Below, piece after piece: positions 58,552 through 64,000 of a stretch of 64,000 nucleotides of DNA. The stretch spans positions 31,589-95,588 of the forward strand of contig JAKSKH010000002.1 in assembly GCA_024401855.1 (NCBI GenBank). The letters run 5' to 3'. Made by a program: the position numbers and the translations under genes. Source of the DNA: Bacteroidales bacterium. GTDB taxonomy: Bacteria > Bacteroidota > Bacteroidia > Bacteroidales > UBA932. The notes under the pieces are model-generated. The model worked only from the letters and a program-made list of their open reading frames with translations. It searched no databases and was not told the DNA's origin. Numbering within the stretch: position 1 is the stretch's first letter; each line of letters opens with the position of its first letter.

Positions 58552-59631
58552 ATGATTGAAGAAAATGTTCAAGATATAAACAGGTATGATGAAATAGATT
58601 TATCTGTTCTATTCCGCAGATTTTTTGTAAACTGGAAAACTATTTTATTATGGTGCACTGTAGGAGTAGCTCTGGGGCTTATGGTATTCCTGTGCACTCC
58701 TAAGGAGTTTGTGGCTTCGTGTAGCCTTGCTCCTGAGAATTCAAATTCTTCTTCTGGCGCGAATTATGCTTCTTTAGCAGCAATGGCCGGAATCAATATC
58801 TCGGCTAACAGTACATCGGATGCCATATCCCCGACAATTTATCCTCAGGTTGTTTCTTCCAATCCTTTTATTGCAGAGCTATTTTCAATGCCGGTTGAAT
58901 TGCACTCTGACGGACAAGTCCTCCATATGGATTTATACGAGTATATGGGGCTTCATACCAAATATCCTTGGTGGAAGAAAATATTCAGGAAATATCCGAC
59001 GTCATTGAAAGGATACGATAGCCTTGATATCTCAAGAATAAACAAAGAACAGGCTTTTGTCATTAAACTTATCAAGGAAAGCATTGTCGTTGAAAAGGAC
59101 AAGAAATCAGGCTTGATAACAGCAACGACTACTGCTCAAAATCCTGTTGTCGCTTCAGATTTAAATAAGGAAGTCATAAACCATTTACAAACGTATGTGG
59201 TAAACTATAAAACCCAGAAAGCCCGAAAAGATCTGATTTATTATCAGGAGGTTTTTGAAGAAGCACAAAAAAATTATTATGATTTACAGCAGAAGTATGC
59301 AAAGTACGTTGACTCAAACAATGGTGTGGTATTGGAGCGTGTAAGAATTGAGCGGGACCGTTTGCAGAATGATGTACAACTGGCTTATCAACTGTATAAT
59401 CAAAGTTCTATTCAGGTGCAGAATGCTAAAGCGAAGTTGCAGCAGGAAACTCCTGTGTTTACTATGATCGAACCTGCATCTGTCCCGTTATGGACATCCA
59501 GTTATTCTTTTGTTTTTTATTTCCTTATATTCGGATTCCTTGGATTTGTTTTGTCCTTTGCCTGGATTTTATTTTTGCGAGACTATTTTACAAATAGGAA
59601 AACGGATGATGATAACATATCCCATCTTTAA
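58552..59631 (+). CDS. Chain-length determinant (Wzz-like)
   Basis: EIDL, N- and C-terminal TMs, coiled coil, PVF..IEPA.VP. Confidence 0.85.
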   Translation: MIEENVQDINRYDEIDLSVLFRRFFVNWKTILLWCTVGVALGLMVFLCTPKEFVASCSLAPENSNSSSGANYASLAAMAGINISANSTSDAISPTIYPQVVSSNPFIAELFSMPVELHSDGQVLHMDLYEYMGLHTKYPWWKKIFRKYPTSLKGYDSLDISRINKEQAFVIKLIKESIVVEKDKKSGLITATTTAQNPVVASDLNKEVINHLQTYVVNYKTQKARKDLIYYQEVFEEAQKNYYDLQQKYAKYVDSNNGVVLERVRIERDRLQNDVQLAYQLYNQSSIQVQNAKAKLQQETPVFTMIEPASVPLWTSSYSFVFYFLIFGFLGFVLSFAWILFLRDYFTNRKTDDDNISHL

Positions 59632-59636
59632 TTATT

Positions 59637-62393
59637 TTGAATAATATCAAAATAAAATCCGCCAGGGTCAACAACCTCAAGAATGTGACCTTGGAGATTC
59701 CCCGGGGGAAATTCATTGTGATAACAGGAATTTCCGGCTCGGGGAAATCTTCTCTTGCCTTCGACACATTGTTCGCCGAGGGCCAGAGGCGCTTTGCCGA
59801 GAGCCTTTCTTCCTATGCGCGTCAGTTTCTGGGACGCATGAGCAAGCCGGACGTGGATTCCATAGAGGGGATTCCTCCGGCAATTGCAATAGAACAGAAG
59901 GTATCTACCAAGAATCCTCGGTCCACCGTTGCCACCACCACTGAAATCTATGATTTCCTCCGACTCATATTCGCCCGTGCCGGACATACTTTCTCTCCTG
60001 TTTCGGGACGGGAAGTCAGAAAGGACAGTGTCTCTGACGTGCTGGAATACATCACAGGCTGCGAAGGCGTCTGCTATGTGCTGTCCGACGTCCAGTGGGG
60101 CTCGCGTGAAGACAGGACAGAACTTCTGCTATCCTTGAAGGAGGATGGTTTCAACCGTCTTTTTGTTGATGGGAATCCGGTAAGAATAGATGACGTCCTG
60201 CAGCTTGCGGAATATCCTGCAGACGCTTTTCTGCTTGTGGACAGGGCCCGGGCGCCCTTCGACAGGACAAGGCTCATATCTTCCATCAATGATGCCTTTT
60301 CCCGCGGGAACGGAAGAATGTCTGTTGAATGCAACGGCAGTATCAAAGAATTCTGCAACCGTTTTGAATTGGACGGAATCAGTTTCCGAGAGCCTGATGA
60401 GTACCTATTTTCCTTCAACAGTCCGCTCGGGGCCTGCCCGACCTGCGAAGGCTTGGGAAAGATTATCGGGATAAGTGAGGACCTTGTTGTTCCGGACAAG
60501 ACCAAGAGTCTGTATGACGGAGCGATAGCCTGCTGGCGTGGAGAGAAGATGGGATGGTTCAAGGACCATCTTGTAGAGGTGGCATCGAGATACGGGATTC
60601 CCATCTTTGAGCCTTATTGCAATCTTTCACAGGAAGTCCGGGACCTTGTATGGCAGGGTGACCCTCCGAAAGAAGGTGAGGAATATGACGATAATCCCAA
60701 CCGTCTTGTAGGGATAAACGAGTTTTTCGAGTGGGTGGAGACCCAGCGGTACAAGATACAGTTCAAGTACATGCTCAGCCGTTTCAGCGGCAGGGCCACC
60801 TGTCATGATTGTCACGGCAGCCGTCTGAGGAAGGAAGCCTTGTACGTAAGGCTCTGCGGCAAGACTATCGATGACGTTCTCTGCATGAATGTGGAAGAGG
60901 CTCTGGGATTTTTCAGAAGCCTTGATGTGAGCCCTGCGGAGCGCGAAATCATTGCCGAACCTCTGTCCGAGGTCCTGAACCGCCTTGAGTGCATTCAGAA
61001 TGTCGGACTTGGATATCTGACACTGAACCGTGCCTGCAACACACTGTCAGGAGGAGAGAGCCAGCGCGTGAATCTTGTCACAGCACTGGGTTCCAGCCTT
61101 GTTGGCTCAATGTACATTCTGGATGAGCCTTCAATCGGACTCCATCCGCGTGATACCGAAAGGCTCATCAAGGTTCTCAGGCAGCTGAGGGACATAGGAA
61201 ACACTGTAATTGTCGTTGAGCACGACGAAGATATAATCAGGGCGGCGGACCTTACCATAGAGATGGGACCCGGTGCCGGAGTGAACGGAGGTTACGTTGT
61301 TCCTCCCGAAGAGTCCCTGACAATGAAGTATATAAGCGGGCAGATAGGGCGCTACACCAGAAGCGTAAGGCCGTGGCAGTACAGCATAACGGTTGAAGGC
61401 GCTATGGAGCACAACCTTAAGGACATCAGCGTGAAATTCCCTCTGGGCGTACTTACCGTTGTTACCGGCGTAAGCGGTTCCGGTAAATCGAGTCTTGTGG
61501 GAGATATACTTTTCCCGGCCCTGTACAGGCGGCTGAACGATTCCGGAGACCTGCCGGGAGTATACCGCGGCCTTAAGGGAAACCTTGACAGGATAACACG
61601 GGTTGAGTACGTTGACCAGAATCCGATAGGCCGCAGCAGCCGTTCGAACGCAGTTACCTACCTGAAGGCATACGATGATATAAGGAAGTTGCTCGCGGAC
61701 CAGCAGTACGCCAGGATCAACGGTTTCGGACCGAATCATTTCAGCTTCAACACCGATGGCGGACGATGTCCTGAATGTCAGGGAGAGGGTATCGTAAAAA
61801 TAGAGATGCAGTTCATGGCGGATGTGACCATGGTCTGCGAAGAATGCGGCGGCAGGCGTTTCAAGCCTGACGTGCTTGAAGTAAGATATCGGGGAAAGAA
61901 TGTCGACGACATTCTCAACATGAGCATAGACGAGGCGATTTCTTTCTTCTCCGAAGGCGCTGAAGACGAAGCCGGGAGTATCGTCCGGAAACTCAAGCCC
62001 CTTCAGGACGTGGGCCTTGGATACATCAAGCTGGGTCAGAGCAGTTCAACTCTGTCCGGAGGCGAGAGTCAGCGCATCAAGCTTGCCTATTTCCTGTCCA
62101 TGAGTGTAAGGGACAGGAAAGCTGAGCGTATAATGTTCATATTTGACGAGCCCACGACCGGCCTTCATTTCTACGATGTGGAGAAGTTGCTCAAGGCGTT
62201 CGATATCCTTCTCAATGCCGGTCACAGCCTGGTGGTGGTTGAACATAATCCGGACGTGATACGCAATGCGGACTGGATCATTGACCTTGGCCCGGATGCC
62301 GGAGACCGTGGTGGGGAGATAGTATTCGAGGGTACTCCCGAAGAACTTAAATCAGCCGATACTTTTACATCAAAGTACATATATGGAAATTGA
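59637..62393 (+). CDS. uvrA: Excinuclease ABC subunit A
   Basis: Two GSGKSS/LSGGE/DEP ABC cassettes and zinc fingers; TTG start. Confidence 0.95.
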   Translation: MNNIKIKSARVNNLKNVTLEIPRGKFIVITGISGSGKSSLAFDTLFAEGQRRFAESLSSYARQFLGRMSKPDVDSIEGIPPAIAIEQKVSTKNPRSTVATTTEIYDFLRLIFARAGHTFSPVSGREVRKDSVSDVLEYITGCEGVCYVLSDVQWGSREDRTELLLSLKEDGFNRLFVDGNPVRIDDVLQLAEYPADAFLLVDRARAPFDRTRLISSINDAFSRGNGRMSVECNGSIKEFCNRFELDGISFREPDEYLFSFNSPLGACPTCEGLGKIIGISEDLVVPDKTKSLYDGAIACWRGEKMGWFKDHLVEVASRYGIPIFEPYCNLSQEVRDLVWQGDPPKEGEEYDDNPNRLVGINEFFEWVETQRYKIQFKYMLSRFSGRATCHDCHGSRLRKEALYVRLCGKTIDDVLCMNVEEALGFFRSLDVSPAEREIIAEPLSEVLNRLECIQNVGLGYLTLNRACNTLSGGESQRVNLVTALGSSLVGSMYILDEPSIGLHPRDTERLIKVLRQLRDIGNTVIVVEHDEDIIRAADLTIEMGPGAGVNGGYVVPPEESLTMKYISGQIGRYTRSVRPWQYSITVEGAMEHNLKDISVKFPLGVLTVVTGVSGSGKSSLVGDILFPALYRRLNDSGDLPGVYRGLKGNLDRITRVEYVDQNPIGRSSRSNAVTYLKAYDDIRKLLADQQYARINGFGPNHFSFNTDGGRCPECQGEGIVKIEMQFMADVTMVCEECGGRRFKPDVLEVRYRGKNVDDILNMSIDEAISFFSEGAEDEAGSIVRKLKPLQDVGLGYIKLGQSSSTLSGGESQRIKLAYFLSMSVRDRKAERIMFIFDEPTTGLHFYDVEKLLKAFDILLNAGHSLVVVEHNPDVIRNADWIIDLGPDAGDRGGEIVFEGTPEELKSADTFTSKYIYGN

Positions 62394-63417
62394 ATATTTG
62401 AACGAGGCCAATGCCGCACAGTGGGATGATTTTGCGGAAAAATCTTCTTCCGCATGGTTCCGGCATACGATAGCATGGCAGAAGTATTCCTCCTGCTGCA
62501 GGTTCGACTCCGATACACGCAATTTCTCCTTCATGGTAAAGCAGGGAGGAAAGATACAGGCCATTGTGCCTCTTCTGATGGAGTACAGTTACCCGGAGAG
62601 GGATATAGATGCCTTCTCAATGTATGGAGACTATACACCCATGCCCGCCTATGCCGACAACGGAGAGGTGAGCCGGACAAGTGTCTTTGAAGTCATTCAG
62701 GAAGAGATTGCCCGTATTTCTGCTGAAAACCCCAAGCTCTCCTATGGCAAATTCATGGTGGATCCTCTCATACGCTATCCTTATTTCTCCGATTTCGCTC
62801 CGTTTGACCTTCTTGGCGCCGGAACCGGAATTTCCGTTACCACCACAAATGTCATTGACCTGACGAATGACCTGGATGAAATTCTCAGACGGATGCGCAA
62901 GGGTCATAAGGCGGCAATAAAGCAGGTAATGAAAGAACCGGGATTCCGCGTTGACGTGTTCGATAAAAACAATGCGGACAAGGATGTGCTCCTGCGTTTC
63001 AAGTATATCCATAGGATGGACGCCGGACGTCAGACGCGCACGGATGCATCCTGGGACTGCATGTACGAGTGGATTGAATCGGGCAATGCAAGCCTGGTGA
63101 TGCTATGGATGGATGAAGTGGGTGACTATGCCGCCGGAGCTCTCATCATGCATTATAAAACGGGGGCTTATTACGCATCCTATGCAACTCTGGACTCAAT
63201 GTATCTGAACGGGCATTGCGGATACATCATCCAGTGGGAGGCTGTCAGACACCTGAAGTCCATAGGGATCGAGACCTACGAGACCGGGGAGAACCATATC
63301 TCCCTTTCCGACTCGGCGGAAGAGCGCAAGCTGGCTGAAATCTCCAAATACAAGAAGGGATTCCGTACATACGAAATCCCCAAGATCACTTTCCGGAAGG
63401 ATTATTCATCCAGATAA
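62383..63417 (+). CDS. FemAB/GNAT-like acyltransferase
   Basis: IDL...DEIL..MRKGH, IIQWEAVR.LK..G...YE.G, KYKKGF. Confidence 0.65.
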   Translation: MEIEYLNEANAAQWDDFAEKSSSAWFRHTIAWQKYSSCCRFDSDTRNFSFMVKQGGKIQAIVPLLMEYSYPERDIDAFSMYGDYTPMPAYADNGEVSRTSVFEVIQEEIARISAENPKLSYGKFMVDPLIRYPYFSDFAPFDLLGAGTGISVTTTNVIDLTNDLDEILRRMRKGHKAAIKQVMKEPGFRVDVFDKNNADKDVLLRFKYIHRMDAGRQTRTDASWDCMYEWIESGNASLVMLWMDEVGDYAAGALIMHYKTGAYYASYATLDSMYLNGHCGYIIQWEAVRHLKSIGIETYETGENHISLSDSAEERKLAEISKYKKGFRTYEIPKITFRKDYSSR

Positions 63418-64000
63418 TCCAGAGAGAAGCGCGTCCCTTTCTCAAGATCTCTGCAGACCTTCCTGCCAAGTATTGACTTGAGATATTTTGGATGGAGACC
63501 GTAACCCGGCCTGACTGACCGTACGTTGTCTTCAGTGACAGTGTCTCCGGCTTTCATATCCTCTGCAACATATAATGAGCGGCTGAACTGACGGCCGCTT
63601 ATTTTATTTGTATCATCCGGGTAAAATACTTCCCCCATTGCCGATTCGACGTTCCTGATGGATGCCACCATTGCCTTGAACTCTTCGCAGGTCATTGAGA
63701 ATGCTGCGTCCGGACCTCCGATCGAGCGGTCCAGGATAAAGTGCTTCTCAATCACCTCCGCTCCCGTTGCCACTGCGGCAAGGACCACATCATTCCCCAT
63801 ACAGTGGTCTGACAGGCCCACCTTGGTCCCGAAGCGCCCCGCCATATCCTTCATGGTGCGGAGATTTGCGGCTGAGACAGGGGCAGGGTAGGCTGAAGTG
63901 CACTTGAGCAGGGTGATATCGTTGTTTCCGGCCTTACGGCATGTTTCAACCGCAAGCCTTATGTCCTCTTCTGTAGCGATACCCGTGGATATTATCATGG
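63402..64000 (-). CDS. pseI: Pseudaminic acid synthase (NeuB family), 3' part; starts beyond the window
   Basis: IISTG.A, LLKCTSAYP, GLSDH, IEKHF, D.AFS, RSLY, SVRPGYGLHP (SAF domain). Confidence 0.88.
   Translation of the reverse strand, partial: MIISTGIATEEDIRLAVETCRKAGNNDITLLKCTSAYPAPVSAANLRTMKDMAGRFGTKVGLSDHCMGNDVVLAAVATGAEVIEKHFILDRSIGGPDAAFSMTCEEFKAMVASIRNVESAMGEVFYPDDTNKISGRQFSRSLYVAEDMKAGDTVTEDNVRSVRPGYGLHPKYLKSILGRKVCRDLEKGTRFSLDYLDE

Overview
Chromosomal segment of an anaerobic Bacteroidales bacterium, judged from TTTG-N19/21-TAnnTTTG promoters, the rpsF-rpsR-rplI operon and Bacteroidetes-type parE, nifJ and uvrA. Positions 1-38 kb are mostly housekeeping and carbohydrate genes: sdaA, a GH95 fucosidase, plsC, parE, a ferredoxin missing from the ORF track, an M16 protease, an MTA/SAH deaminase, PFOR, lpdA, lplA, an esterase-esterase-GH29 fusion, tRNA-Arg(CCG), trpB2, hpt and adk. 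Positions 38-59.6 kb are an AT-rich Wzx/Wzy surface-polysaccharide locus, scarred by ISAzo13-like remnants and carrying genes for unusual non-sugar decoration (opine dehydrogenase, LicC, LicD, TagF-like). It is followed by uvrA, a FemAB/GNAT-like gene and the 3' part of a pseI/neuB gene. The most striking unexplained locus is a three-gene cassette at 24808-30011. It encodes an exported protein ending in 21 in-register heptapeptides (GFGGAVN/GFEESVN/GFEGSVN plus one VVCDIIC unit), whose gene overlaps that of a 995-aa HExxH metallopeptidase / beta-propeller / outer-membrane-barrel fusion. A membrane-anchored AraC regulator is transcribed divergently. This is a candidate repeat-peptide processing and export system (signalling peptide, RiPP-like or functional amyloid). 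All family calls are from motif recognition by eye; no database searches were run.
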